64,000 nucleotides of DNA from the human T2T-CHM13v2.0 reference genome, Homo sapiens. The first letter of the stretch is position 1. Every line of letters starts with the position of its first letter. This document shows positions 13,936 through 27,895 of this stretch, piece after piece. The position numbers and the translations under genes are program-made. The DNA lies in the NCBI RefSeq assembly GCF_009914755.1, contig NC_060926.1, one strand, 5' to 3'. The notes under the pieces were generated by a model, which had not been told where the DNA came from, did not search any database, and saw only the letters and a program-made list of their open reading frames with translations.

Positions 13936-15047
13936 ATCACTGAAGATGGTTTAGCTACGTGTAATATAAATATTTGTCAATTTAAATTTATTTAAGTTTT
14001 TTTTTTTTAATGTCAAGTAATAAGAAGTCCTAGTATAAGAGATATCCAGGGTTGGTTAAGTCAGAACCAGCATTCTTCTCTACTTTTCTCTCTGTTATCA
14101 TTAACAAGTCTGCCTTGTTCTGAGACTATTTCTATTATAGTAGCAAGTTGACTGCAGCACACTTCAGTTTCACACACAATTTCAACAATGCCCAGCGGAT
14201 AAAAAGGCCATCTCGTCTTAAGTATCTCCTTTTAGGAATGCAGAAACATTTTTCCAGAAGGCTCCCAGTGGCCTCTCCCTTACATATCATTTGCCTGAAT
14301 TGTATTACATGCCCATGCCTAAATCAATTACTTGCAAGGGAACTGGAACCAGTTTACCCTGAAGCGCAGAGGAGGGAAAGCACCTGAACAAAATTCACTC
14401 ATTATTGGCAAAGAAGATAATGCAAAATAGAGTTGGGAAAGAGCAATAGTATTTGCATCACTTTCTAAATATCTCCCAAAACTGATCATTCTTTTTATCC
14501 CAATTTCAAACACTTGTGATAGACATTACTGCTACTTACTAACAGTTTGTGTTCACTTGCAATGTGTCCTCTCCAAGCAGAAGCAGTGGTACTGATCACC
14601 ACACCTACAAGATACAATAGGCTTCATTTTGCACAAAATGTGTGTAGCATTAAGAAAGGATATACACAGGTAACAATACAGTATTGGGGATTATAACCTC
14701 CAGGCATAGCTTCCAACTTTCCAGCATTGCTGTACGCTTGGCATGAGAGATGATGCTGAGAGGGTGTGGATGCCTTCAGTTCAGGGAAGCATCAACTATG
14801 GCATCTTTTACATTTTATTCCTTGCAAAGCACACAGCTCTGTTAGGCCTAAGTGACTAGTACACATGCCCCAGTGCAGCTGCAGATGATCAAGTATGGGT
14901 TACTCAGTAAACGTCTTAGATACAGCTGCTTGGCTTAGTGCTTAGCCAGCTCAGCAAGATACCATATATGGCTATACATTCCTTGAGTCCAAACTGCATT
15001 GAAAATACAACCATCCATCAAGTTTTCAGTTGTTCATGGGCCTAGAG

Positions 15048-15273
15048 CAGGGTTTCTCAACCTCAACACTATTGACGTTTAGCCCAGATAATGTTTTGTT
15101 GTGGTTCTTTGCTGTGGGGGGAGTGTCCTGTGTATTTTAGGATGTTTAACATCATCTTTAGCCTCTGCCCATTAGATACCAAGAGGAACTACTCCAGCTG
15201 TAACAACCAAAACTGTTTCCAGACATTGTAAAATGTCACCTTGGGCAAAATTGTACCCAACTGAGAACTACCG
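15048..15273 (+). mobile_element. MER20 hAT-Charlie MITE
   Basis: cagggtttctcaacc ... actattgac ... ccagacattg ... tgagaactaccg. Flanks gcctagag/ggttagaa resemble the NTCTAGAN target site. Confidence 0.8.
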
Positions 15274-15435
15274 GGTTAGAATAAAGGCTACATATGAGCC
15301 ATTAGCTTTGTTTCTGCCAACATAGGTGCATTCCCCACCCCTTGAAGTAAGAAAGCATGGCACAAGTGACTTTTTATTTTTTCCAATGAAATATGAGCAA
15401 AGGTTATGTGGTCACTTCCTTAAAAAAGTACTTAA

Positions 15436-15864
<429 letters not shown>

Positions 15865-15999
15865 CTATGCTGGATGGTCAGCTGGGCTCACAGCAGACAC
15901 CGAATAAACAGCAGATACACATTTGTTTGTTTGTTTGTTTTATTCCATTGGAATTTTAGGGTTGTTTTTTACTTCAGTGTAAACCTATCCTAATTGGTA

Positions 16000-16760
16000 C
16001 CCCACCCCACTCCAAGGTGCCATCATCTTCGGATCAGAGAGCTACAACAGTCTCTAAATTGGTCTTCCTCAAACACACTTACTCTCTTCCAATGCAGTAA
16101 TCCTACTGCCAGGTATGTTGTCTTGAAAATTCAAATCTGATCATGCCATCCCTCAGATGATAACGCTTTACTGATCTCAATAACTTTCTATTGTGTTTAG
16201 AATCAAGTCCAAACTTGATAGATATTGCTAGCATGGACCACAAGGCCCTGCATCATTGGATCTCCTGCTTTGTCTCCAGACTCATTTTATGCATTTGTCT
16301 CTCTCCATCTCCTTATTCCAGATTTTTCCCTCACAACCTTCAAAAGGAACATTGATTTTTAGTTTCTGGAAATTTTCAGAACCTCACCTGTTACCTGAGC
16401 TTTGCATATGCTCTATCCCTCCTCCTTCTATGCCCAGGTAACCCTGACCCTCTCCTCAAAGCTTGAGTCAGTTGTCATTTCTTCAGAGATCCACTCCAGT
16501 ATCTTCCTAACTAACCTAAGTCTTTTAATTGAAAGGTCTTTCTCATGATACTGTGTACCTCCCTCTATAGTAAATGTTCTGTTGTAATATTTACCTTAAC
16601 TTGTAAGACTACATCGTTAATGTCTAGGTTAATGTCTAGGCTAATGTCCAGGAGACCATACGCCCCTTGAGGTCAGGGCCAATTTTTAATCAACATTGTT
16701 GCCCCTACTATGTGTCCAAGGCATGACGTATAGTAGATTCCCATCTATGTTGAATGATGA
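16000..16760 (+). mobile_element. L2 3' fragment
   Basis: caaatctgatcatgcc ... agaatcaagtccaaact ... aaggccctgcat ... tgttgaatgatgaa tail. Confidence 0.6.
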
Positions 16761-17169
16761 AAGGGCTTTTAAATAACTGACAGTCTCACTGTTAGGAAAG
16801 AAATGTTTAAGCCTTGATGTTAACCTTCCATATAGTTTCTACTTCTGCAAATGAGATTGTTTTTAAAGCTATAAATCTGTCCTACTGCTTTAATGTCTGA
16901 ATGGATTTGTGGGCCTGTAAACATTTAACGGAACACACATCTGGAATAATCAACTGGAACCACGAACTTCATATATTTACAAGAACAAGTGAAAGATGAC
17001 CTTATTTTTATTCAACACCCTATTACAATTGAAGTAAGGAATATAGCAATTCTGACCCAGTTGAATTACTGATAACCATTATGTATAGCTGGAGAGCAGA
17101 GGTTAGAAATATATGACCATGTCCTTTGTCTTTGCTCATTCACTTTGCTTAAGAGCAACACCTCATATC

Positions 17170-17493
17170 GGCCGGGCGTGGCGGCTCACGCCTGTAATCC
17201 CAGCACTTCGGGAGGCCGAGGTGGGTGGATCACAAAGTCAGGAGATCGAGACCATCCTGGCTAACACGGTGAAACCCCGTCTCTACTAAAAATACAAAAA
17301 CTTAGCCGGGCGTGGTAGCGGGCGCCCGTAGTCCCAGCTACTCAGGAGGCTGAGGCAGGAGAATGGCGTGAACCTGGGAGGCGGAGCTTGCTGTGAGCCG
17401 AGATTGCCCCACTGCACTCCAGCCTGGGTGACAGAGCAAGACTTTGTCTCAAAAAAAAAAAAAAAAAAAAAAAAAGAAAAGAAAAAAGAACAA
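17170..17493 (+). mobile_element. AluY
   Basis: CpG-rich full dimer with Y diagnostics and a long A tail. Imperfect 19-bp TSD at 17151-17169 and 17494-17512. Confidence 0.97.
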
Positions 17494-19433
17494 AAGAACA
17501 ATACCTCCTATCAATATAATTCTTTTAAATTGTAAGATCACTTTCATTCCAGTTGATCCTCATAAATAACCCTGGTCGAGTTAGGACAGGAAACGTATCT
17601 TCATCATTGTGCAAAAGAGTAACCATGGCACAGAAAAGTTAAGTAATTTCAACAGTTCAAAAATCTAAGTAAATAGTAGAGTCAAGATGTAGTCCAGGCT
17701 TCCTGTCCCCCTATCTGGGGTTATATGATTACTCATGTACTTGTGGATATTTGTGGTAGGATAAATTTGTGGTTGGCAAAACAGGGACAGGAGAAAGAAG
17801 CTGGAGATGAAGTCATCAAAGTCTTGAACTTTATATTAATTTTCACTTACTAAAACAAAACCGTAAAAACAATGTATTTAGTAAAATGACATTGTCATAT
17901 TCCAATGCAATTAATGTTTATCCCGTAATAAATTTCCATTTAGCAAGCATTCATTGTGTTGGCTTAGCTGATAGTATTATTATGATTATTATGATTATTT
18001 ACTAAAATTTAATTCCAAGAAACATTTCAAAATTACCTCTGCTGCTGTTCCAATAATTTTCTTATACAATAATTTTACATAGAACATTTGAGAGAAGAAT
18101 GAGAAAAAATAAAAAGGTTTTTAGTAGTTATGTGTATCTAAGCAAATTGCCCAAGTCCTGTTGCTCTGTAGAAGAGAGATAGCTTCCTAAGGGAGAATTA
18201 ACTGGGTGACATAGTAGCCTTTTTAAATGTAATTGAAGGATAGTTTGTGATATACACAAATAACGTGAGTTCCAGTGTGGGGAAAAGATAACCAGAAGTA
18301 AATCAATGTGAGAGAATTTCAGTTAGGGACCCTCAATGCTGGGGACTGGATCACTGTACCCTCTATACCCTTTTAATTTTCCAATGGAGAACTTGGTCTA
18401 ACAGAATAGAGCACAAGTTTTGAGTCACAGTGACCCGAATTTGATTCCTGGTGCTGCTAGTTATGGCTGTGTTCAGGCAAATCTCCTGCGGTGTCAGACT
18501 CAGGGAGCTCATCTGTAAATGGGACAAAAATGGGGCCAGCATGACTGAAATATGTGGGCGAGGAGCTGAGCACTGTGCCCGGCACATACTAACTACTCCT
18601 CATACCACCACCCCACGCTGCGGCAGTGGCCTGGCAACTAGGCTGAGTGAATGAGGTGCCAACTACAGCATCCTCTGTCTTCTGTAATGCCCGTCATCCT
18701 GGGCCTCCTCCAAAGCCTGTGCTGAAGGAGGGCCCAGGCCACCACTTTCCCCTCAGTAGGGGACACCCAGGCAGCCAAGTCAGTGCAGTGACTTTTAAGT
18801 CCACGTGACTTAAAAGGCAGTAATGTGCAAAATGTTGCCTAAACTCGTTTGTGGTTGTTTTAGGCTTGTCTGTACAGAGATTTATTTCCCCCCTTTGTCC
18901 AACCATTTATGTTTTATAACTCACTCATTTCTGCCCAAACAACTCTCTCCCTCAACATGATCTCGGCAGACTTCCACATATGTGAGCTACGTGAAAGCCA
19001 GCCAAATATGCTCCCACATTCTGAATATATGTAGGATGAGTGTAGAAGGCATCTCTTTCAAAGAATACTTAGCATTTTCAGGATAATTTTTATACCAAAG
19101 AGTTCATATCTCTGAAGAAACATTATCTGTATATAGAATAAATACCATTTCAATGTAAACCAGATGAATAAATTGAGCTACAGATATATTCTACTCATTG
19201 ACTGAAGTCACCCAAAAGACCTCATACCCCAAGAAAACAATCAAGGAAGGCAAAGGGGGGGTGGAAATAATTTTTATTGTGCCCTTTCCTTGGGCCTGTT
19301 TCTTTGTCAGACTCTTCACATATCTTTCTTCATTTTTTTTCAAGTCATATTTGAAATATTTTGATATTGGCAAATACTACTTCTCTTACCACCCCCCCCA
19401 CATTGATATTTGAACATATCTAAATTTTTCAAA

Positions 19434-19607
19434 TCATATATCTAATGAGTTTGATATTCAGAGTATATAAAAACTCATACAACTCAATAATAAAAAGACA
19501 AATAACCTAATTTAAAAATGAGCAAAACTTTTGGATGGATGTTTCTCCTAAGAAGATACACAAATGGCCAACAAACACATGAAAAGATTCTCAGCATCGT
19601 CAGTAAT
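19434..19607 (+). mobile_element. L1M ORF2 3' fragment
   Basis: caactcaataataaaaagacaaataacctaatttaaaaatg ... gaagatacacaaatggccaacaaacacatgaaaaga. Confidence 0.75.
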
Positions 19608-19842
19608 TTATCCCATTTAATAAGTACAACAGTGTTACATAGGTTTTAATGTTATTTTCTTACAACCAAGAAAACGATCAAAATAAGAAGGATATTGGTT
19701 TAATTCAGATTTAATTTAGTGACTGTCAATATTTTTATTTTATTTTATCATTTAAGAAATGATGAAGTTTTTATTCCAATCCAAAATGACTTTTTAGTTT
19801 ATCTATGTGTGTGCTTTTAACATCAAAGATTCTCATAGTTAG

Positions 19843-20200
<358 letters not shown>

Positions 20201-21544
20201 TTAAAGTTTTAATTCATAGTTCTATTGGATTGCAAGTTACTTAAAAATAATTACATTTCTTCATTAAAATGAACTGTAATCTATCATCTAATCCAGACTT
20301 CTACCCACAGAAATTTCCTCCACACTATTCTTGAAATGTGGCATCCAGGCACTGCTTGATGGCTTCTGGTGACCAGGAGCCTGTCACTAGAAGAGATAAC
20401 CCAGAGGATATTCTATTAGTTTATTGGCTGGCCTTAGTCCTGTTCTACAGATCTAAACAGATGCAGTGACTTCCTTTTTCCACATATGTTAAAACTGAAA
20501 GTGAGAATTCTTGCCCTTATTTTAGTGACGGTATTAGCTGAAAAAGTGACAATGTTCTAACATACCTCACAGCATCACCTGTCTAATTTGAGAACGCTAC
20601 ACAGGAGAGGCCTGGGGCAAGAAGGGAGGAAAACATTTTGAGGTTGAGAGGTCAGGAAAGCAACAAAGAGGAATTCTATGAGCTGAATCTTTATGTCTGT
20701 GACTTTTTCTTTTTATTGATTTCAAAAAGATCATTTTATTCCTTTTTGTTTTTTTTTTCCACTTTCCTGGTCTTCTTTTCATTATTGTACTGAATTAGAA
20801 TTAGAATTTCCAATGGGAAACAGCTATTTGCCCACAGTGGAACTGGTGCCTAGGGCAGGAGGGGAGTGGTCTAAGAATACAACCAGTAGGCCTGCCTGGC
20901 AAGGAACACGGAGACAATGAGATTCCTGGACTCCTTGTTAACGTTAAGAAAGAACAGCATCTGAAAAAGAGGCCAATTCTCTAAACTGGCAGCAGAAACT
21001 ATCCTCAGAGAAATTCCTCCCAGTACAGTAAGAATTAAAACTCTAACTGAGAAAACTAGCAAAAGCAACAGTAATCCTCAGGGGGAAGCCAGATCGGAGC
21101 CACAAATCAAAGAGCAATATTAGAAAATGCTGCAAAAATGAGAAAGAAACATAGCGGGACAGCAGGAGGGAGCCGGGGGACCGTGCGTTTTCCTTTTTGT
21201 TGGACACATAAGCCTGGAGTGTGTTCTTTGAAAACTTCCCAAGAGATCAAAACAAGAAATTACTGCCTGCAGAACAATTGGTTGGGAAGACGAGGAGAGA
21301 GCTGAGATGAACAGCAAGGTCTCTTAGAACTGGGTCTGAGCTTTAACCCCTCCCCAGCCTGCATCTGACAGCATTTTCCTCCTCCTGCAGCCGCAGGCTG
21401 CCAATGCAGTTGCCGCACGTGCCTGAGGAGGGCGCCCTCCCCTGCTCTGCTAGATGCCGCCCTTGTCCTTGGACAGTCGGCTGGGAGCGGAGAAGTAGTG
21501 GCCCTAAACAGTCAGGAGCCCAGCACTGTATACAACAAAGAATG

Positions 21545-21672
21545 CTTATTTATTTATTTATTTACTTATTTATTTATTTATTTATTGTTTTAAACTTAAA
21601 AAATTGTATGTAATGTGTACAAGGTGATTTTTGATATACACATACTTAGTGAAAGTGATTACTGTGATCAAG
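21545..21672 (-). mobile_element. L1MA 3' tip with (TTTA)n tail
   Basis: (ttta)n tract followed by aattgtatgtaatgtgtacaaggtgatttttgatataca. Confidence 0.6.
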
Positions 21673-22089
21673 AATGCTTTTTTCAAATGAACATAAATTG
21701 GCATTTTAACCACAATCTTACATCTCTTCCTATTCAACTTCTCCTGACATTCTTACCCACTAATTTAGTGGTGCAAGAGGGGCATTGATATTTTTAGAAT
21801 CCAACGAAAGGACGGTTAAGTCAGAAGCACAATTAGTTTGGTGTATTTGTAGTTGTTTAGCTGTCGCTTCAGTAGACAGTGTAGGAAAAGCTTCTAGACA
21901 TGGCCCCGCCACTCACCACACCAGATCAACTGGCATGACAGAAAGACACAGAGACCGAAGTATGTCACAAAATGAAGGGTTCATTGAGTGCCAGAAAAGA
22001 AATATGTATGTAGCCAAGGGGAAACAAGGTTTGATACGTGAGGAGCTGGAAGCTAGTCTAGGGAAATTCTTCTAAGTCTCATGGTTCAT

Positions 22090-22570
22090 ACAACAAATAA
22101 GCTCGATATATTTTTCCCCAGACTTGAAAGCAATCCCACAAATGTTTGTGGTATTACCAATAACAATTTGTGCAGCTAAAATAAACTTTTTTTATGTGAT
22201 GAAAAACTAAGAAAAAATAACTTGGATCGACTTGCTATAAGCAACATTGGATTGTTTTTCTGTTCTCTTTATAGATAATTGTGCTACAAAATTGATGCCA
22301 TACAAATGGACAAAGAATTTGCAGCCAAAAATGTACAAAAAAGGTATGATAGAGATATGTCAGTTTGTTAATTAATCAAAATACTATGTTCTTTTTCTGG
22401 ATTTTATAATGTTTATGAAATGTTTTGTGTTTTAGTAATTTGTATTGTGTTTGGAATTTTACCATTAACATTCCAACTAATTTTATATTTAGGGATTATG
22501 TATTCTTTTTTCTTCAAGAGTGCACTCCAAATTGTTAAGCTTCTGGCTCTACAAATCCTGCATCTGCCTT
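22090..22570 (-). mobile_element. hAT-Blackjack/MER63-like DNA transposon fragment
   Basis: Its right end is the reverse complement of the same terminus seen at 7670-7740 (tattctttttcttcaagag ... aagcttctggctctacaaatcctgcatctgcc). Confidence 0.55.
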
Positions 22571-23491
22571 TGCTTCTTTCATTGCACTTAATATATTGTG
22601 TCATCTTTTACTTGATTACACATCTCTGTTGCCTCCCGGGTGTCAAGGATGCAAATCTAATTATTTCTATCTAATATCCCCAGCACCTAACGTAGTAAAA
22701 GCTAGCAGTTGTTCAATATATTGTTGTTCACTGAAGTCTAATTGATGGCTATTGCAAAGAAAGTGGAGACTGGTGATGCTATGCCTCAGATAGAAACCCT
22801 AAGGCAACATCAAGACCTGAAGTGGTATTTTTCCTCCCCAAAGACCCAGACACTTCTGAGACCCCATTTTGACTTTGCAATATTGAAAGGCAGGAACAGA
22901 AGCATATTTGGCAGTCATGAATGGGGAAAAGGCCACCACAGAGCCTCTGCAAACCTGGACATCCGTGTGCCTCCACAGGAAAGAGATGCCCAAGAAAGAA
23001 GTTTCCCTGTAGGTAGAGGACTGGGTTGGAGAAGGTGTGGACCCTCCTAGTTGCCAGCTGTTTTCGAGCCTTGGGAATCTGGCCCAATGTTTGTGTTTGG
23101 GTCATATTTGATGCCTCCCAGAACACCTAAGTGAGGTTTGCACTATGTGTTCAGAGATAATAAGCAGCATCCTTCTCAGCATCACTGGAGGCAGAGTGGG
23201 AGAGCTGGAGACTCACAATGTGAATACCTGAACCAGGACAACTTTTAGAGGAGCAGCACTTCCCACTCAGGTGGGAAGATATGAAAGGATATCAGAAACA
23301 GCTCCCTCAAGCCATTCCCTGGCTGCCCTCTCCAGTAAGCAGAGAAATCTGTACTTACCAGGTACAATTATAAATGCCAATATAAGCCTGATGCTCATAC
23401 GTGGCATGTGTGATGTACTAATTAAGTTCCTTCTATATTCTTAGAGTAAGAGACATGGGATAGGCGAAAGATCCCATCTTTCTACTTAGGT

Positions 23492-23646
23492 AGGACCCCA
23501 GTTAAATTTGAATTTCAGATAAACAATTAACAATTTTTAATTGTAAATGTGTCCCTTATATTTCATGGGACATATTCATACTAAAAAAATTATCTAAAAT
23601 TGAAATTTAACTGGGTGTTCTGTATTTCCTAAGTTTGGCAACCTTA
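23492..23646. mobile_element. MER53 palindromic MITE
   Basis: cccagttaaatttgaatttcagata ... tgtccc-loop-gggaca ... tatctaaaattgaaatttaactggg ... tggcaacc. The element is self-complementary. Confidence 0.85.
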
Positions 23647-24426
23647 CCTAAGAACTAAATCTGCCCTGCTAAGCCATTTTTAAACCTGTGACCAGGGGAT
23701 CTGGTGGAGATAGGTGATGAAAGACCATCCCAAGGTAACGCCTCCTCTGGAGGGCAAGGATTATGCCCTTAATACTTGTCTCCTTTAATATATATGCATC
23801 TTGTATTCTGTGCGAAATGTTATAGTTAAATGGTAACTCTTATGGGAGCAAGTTTGAAATGGGGGAGGGAACAACCACACACAAAAAAGATTAACACATG
23901 ATGTCTCTAATTTACAATCCAGGGGACATTTTTCTCTCTAGAACAATGAATCTAAATACCTTAAAATTGCTCTGTGGCAAAATGCCCCTTCCTTAGACAT
24001 AGCTGTATACTAGTATACGCTATTATAGGTTTGCTCCCAGTTAGATGTTGATTTCCATTGACAAGAATATGTTGATTTTGGTTATAAGAATAGGATGACT
24101 GAATATACAAGTATGTATTTTTATTATAATTAGCATATTTTAGATACACTCTATCTAGAAAAGTGATGTACTTGAGGGGGTACAGAGTCGAACCTTGGTT
24201 CTGTCTCTTACAGAACCCTTGGTGCCTCAGTTTTCTTATATGTAATTTCAGTTGAAAATGGTACTGGTATCAATGAGTTATACGCAAAAATAAAATAACA
24301 TATTCCATGAAAGTTTTTTATTCAGGGCTTGAAATATATAACCAGGTCCAGCAAATATTAAAGATTATTAGGCATTAAGCCAGGATTGGAGAGGAATGTG
24401 AAACATTATATAAAAACAGAAAAGAA

Positions 24427-24740
24427 GCCTGGCGCGGTGGCTCACACTTGTAATCCCAGCACTTTGGGAGGCTGAAGAGGGGGGATCACTCGAGGACAGG
24501 AGTTTGCGATCAGCCTGGCCAACATGGTGAAACCTCATTTCTACTAAAAATACAAAAATTAGCTGGGCGTGGTGGCAGGTGCCTGTAATTCCAGCTACTC
24601 AGGAGACTGAGGCAAGAGAATCGCTTGAACCTGGGAGGCAGAGGTTTCAGTGAGCCAAGACCACGCCACTGCACTTCAGCCTGGGTGACAGAGCGAGACT
24701 CTGTCTCAAAAACAAACAAACAAACAACAAACAAACAAAG
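24427..24740 (+). mobile_element. AluS with (AAAC)n tail
   Basis: Full Alu dimer, with aacagaaaag repeated on both flanks (TSD). Confidence 0.95.
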
Positions 24741-25301
24741 AACAGAAAAGGAGCTAGAAAGAGAGAGGAAAGCTTGGGAGAGCATAGAGAAGATGCTCTA
24801 ACTTGGATGTCAAAGACACAGAACAATGGAGAAGGAAAACCCTGTTAAAAATGGAGGTGGGTGGAGGTACAGCAAATATTGTAGGGTACTGAATAGTAGA
24901 TGAATAGTAGGCGAGACTATGAGAAAGATCCTGCAGAAAAAAAATAACCAGTTTATAGGAAATTCCAGTAAGGAATGTATTTGGGAACAAATGGTAGAAA
25001 AATAGAAAGCCTAAAATCAATAGCTTTACTTCCTCTGAAGGAGGGAGATTTATTTTTTCTTTTTCTTTTTTTTTCCTTTTTTGTTGGAATTAAATGTAAT
25101 AGCATGTAAAGCATTTAGGCATTTAGCGTAAAATTGGTCACATAGCAAAACTGATCAACAAACACCATTTTACCCCACCCCGATTTCCCTTTAAGAGCAC
25201 AGATTTGGACCCAGAAACTAGAAGAGAACGTAAACCAACCACACACAAGTAGCATGCTTTAAAGTTATGAATCTACTTCAGGTGAAGTGAACAGAATCAG
25301 A

Positions 25302-25326
25302 ATATATATATATATATATATATATA
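25302..25326. repeat. (AT)n microsatellite
   Basis: Pure AT run. Confidence 0.9.
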
Positions 25327-27819
25327 CTCTCCATATGAGGTGGTTGAGTTGAGTATTGGAAATGATTGTGTGGCCCGAAGTAGGCAGAGTGGGACAAAGA
25401 GGCCCCAAAGGAAAAGAAAGAGAGAAGCCGGGGCCCAGAACCTCACTCATCTCCTATCTGCAAAGTCAGGCAGCCTCTCCTCCCTTTTCATCCTCATCTG
25501 GCAGTGGTCCTTCATAGCCATCCAGCGACAACATAGGGCTCTTGGTTCCATCTCCCTAGAAGCTCATTTTTGAAGGGAGCTCTTTAAGGAATCGTCTTTA
25601 ATTGCAATGTGCCTTAATGGATTTTACATTTAGTCAGGCATATCCTCTCACCCATAATTCCCTTCCAACGATGGCAGCTCATCCACTTACCAGCATTATG
25701 GCAATTTTCCCTTCACTGGAAATCTCCCCTAAGTGTCTACTTAGGAAGCTCTTTGTTTGATGTGGTTGACATGTTAACAGGAATAGCTCTGTGTTCTCTG
25801 AGGTAGTAAACACTGAAAGCTGAAGGAAATTTCAGAGAAGCTGGCAGGGGCCTTCCTTATTCCAAGTTACTTTATTGAATTCTAAGTGGAAAAGGATTTG
25901 GAGCAATAATTAAAAGTTTCGAACACAAAGTTTTGTACATGTTAGAATGGAAGAGGCTGGAGAAACCGGCTGCTCTAAATACATGCAGTTGGTTAGAACT
26001 GAGGAGGAGCGGCTAGCTCACCTGTGTGTCCTCTTTTGTACAGTCTGTAACTAGAAGTGTTCTCACTTCTACATTTGCACTAAGCTGAAGCCCATTCACT
26101 AATCTGATTAATGATAAATCACCATCTATTCTTGAGCCAGGGACTTTGGGGGATAAGTAAGGCATAGAAGCTTACAGTCAAAGTGCTGAGGAGATTACAG
26201 TCAAACAAAGGAGAGCAATTTTGGACACAAACGAATAGATGATGGAATGTGATCAGGGTCACAGTCAGAAATAATGGAGGACTATTTGGGTTTCTATGAG
26301 AGCCAGATCAATTTGAGTTGCTCTGGTTCAGAGCCCTATGCATTGGTGGGAGTGAGGGAAATAAAAATGGATATTTATCTAAGTTTTGCAAGAGTCCTGG
26401 TCCCGTTCCCTTCTGTGTTTCACTAGTTTAGGAATGAAAACAGGCTGTTGTTTTCTACATCCTAGTCCAAGGAAGGAGATGTTGACCACGTGGAACTTTT
26501 TCCTAGAGCGAGTGGTTGGGTTGAGAAGGTGTGGACCCTCAGTGTGGCTGACAGTTATACATAAACTGCCTTAGGACAGCTGTGAGCTTCCTGGGAGCAA
26601 TCATCACTGCCAGGAATGCTACCCCAAACCCATCTGTGTGTCTTCAGAAGACGAAGAGAGAAAGGTAAATGAAATTGACTTCCTTGATTGGAAAGAATGT
26701 AGATTAGAGAGTCAGACAGACCTAGTTTCAGGTCTTAGCTTTGTCCTTATTTACTACTTAATCTTGTGCAAGTTGCTTATTTTTTACATATCTCAGTTTA
26801 ATTAAGGATAACATGAGGTTTTAATCTCTGTTTCATAATGTTCATCTTAAGTCACATAATAGAGCGGCAAAGGGGAGCCATTCCTAAAATTGGCCCCATG
26901 AATCATGATACCGTGAACAACATGAAAAAAGTCACTGTTGGTAACTTCAAGCGGTTTCATTTTCATGGAGGTAGAGGCTTTAAAATTCCTATTGTGTCTT
27001 TGCTGTATAAGAGTTGCAGAAGGAACTTTTTCTTTCTTTTAGAAAGAAAAAGAAGATACTATTTTACTCAAGGAAAGCTCAAAAGTCACTATTAACCAGA
27101 ATGCAGATGCTCTAAGCTACAAAAATGTTCCATTTGTTAATAATTGTAGGATATGGTTTAATCGGTAGTATATATGTTTGGAATTTTGTCTTTTGAGACA
27201 TTTTGAGAAAAGCATTTCTTTTCTCTTTTGCTTATGTTATATACTGTGTTTATACAGTTATTTTGTTGTAGTTTGTTAGGTTATAAACAGTTTGTTAGTA
27301 ATGAGGAAATTAGAATAGCATTATACAAAGCCAGAGTAGAAATTACTATTTGTTATTTAATATTTTAGATCCTATTCTACTTAACTATTTTAAAAAATAT
27401 TTATATATAGCTTAAAGCCCTAATTGGGAATTTTTCTTAGTTCATTGCATTTTTTTTTTGTCTAGGTTGGATGTGTCATTTATTTTGTGTCTGATATTCC
27501 TTTTTTTCCTCTTTTTTGAATCCTTTTTTTTCTGTATTAGGCTTGCATCGTTTTTTATTTTTTTATTTCACTGATGCTTCATATGAGCAGTTTTACTTTC
27601 TAGGAGTTCTGATAATGCAACTCATTCATCTTTCCTTCTGAGCTGTAATCCATATTTCATCCTATGCACATTTTATTGCAGATGCCTTGGGTTGTTGGAG
27701 TGTAGGTAGGGTAGAGAGAATATAGCTGCTGCTCTATTCGACACTGGTTGGAGATGTGGGCTCTGTCCACCTGTTTTGCTAACTGTCCTACATCAGAGTT
27801 TATTCTTCCCAGGGTTGAA

Positions 27820-27826
27820 TGTGTGT

Positions 27827-27861
<35 letters not shown>

Positions 27862-27895
27862 CTATGTATGTGCGTGTGCGTGTCTGTGTGAGTGA
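27820..27895. repeat. (TG)n microsatellite
   Basis: Long TG run with degenerate extension. Confidence 0.9.

Noticed and set aside
16616-16651. 12-bp unit x3 (gttaatgtctag), and similar micro-duplications near 26172, 34961 and 53046
   Set aside because: These are ordinary slippage duplications with no further structure.
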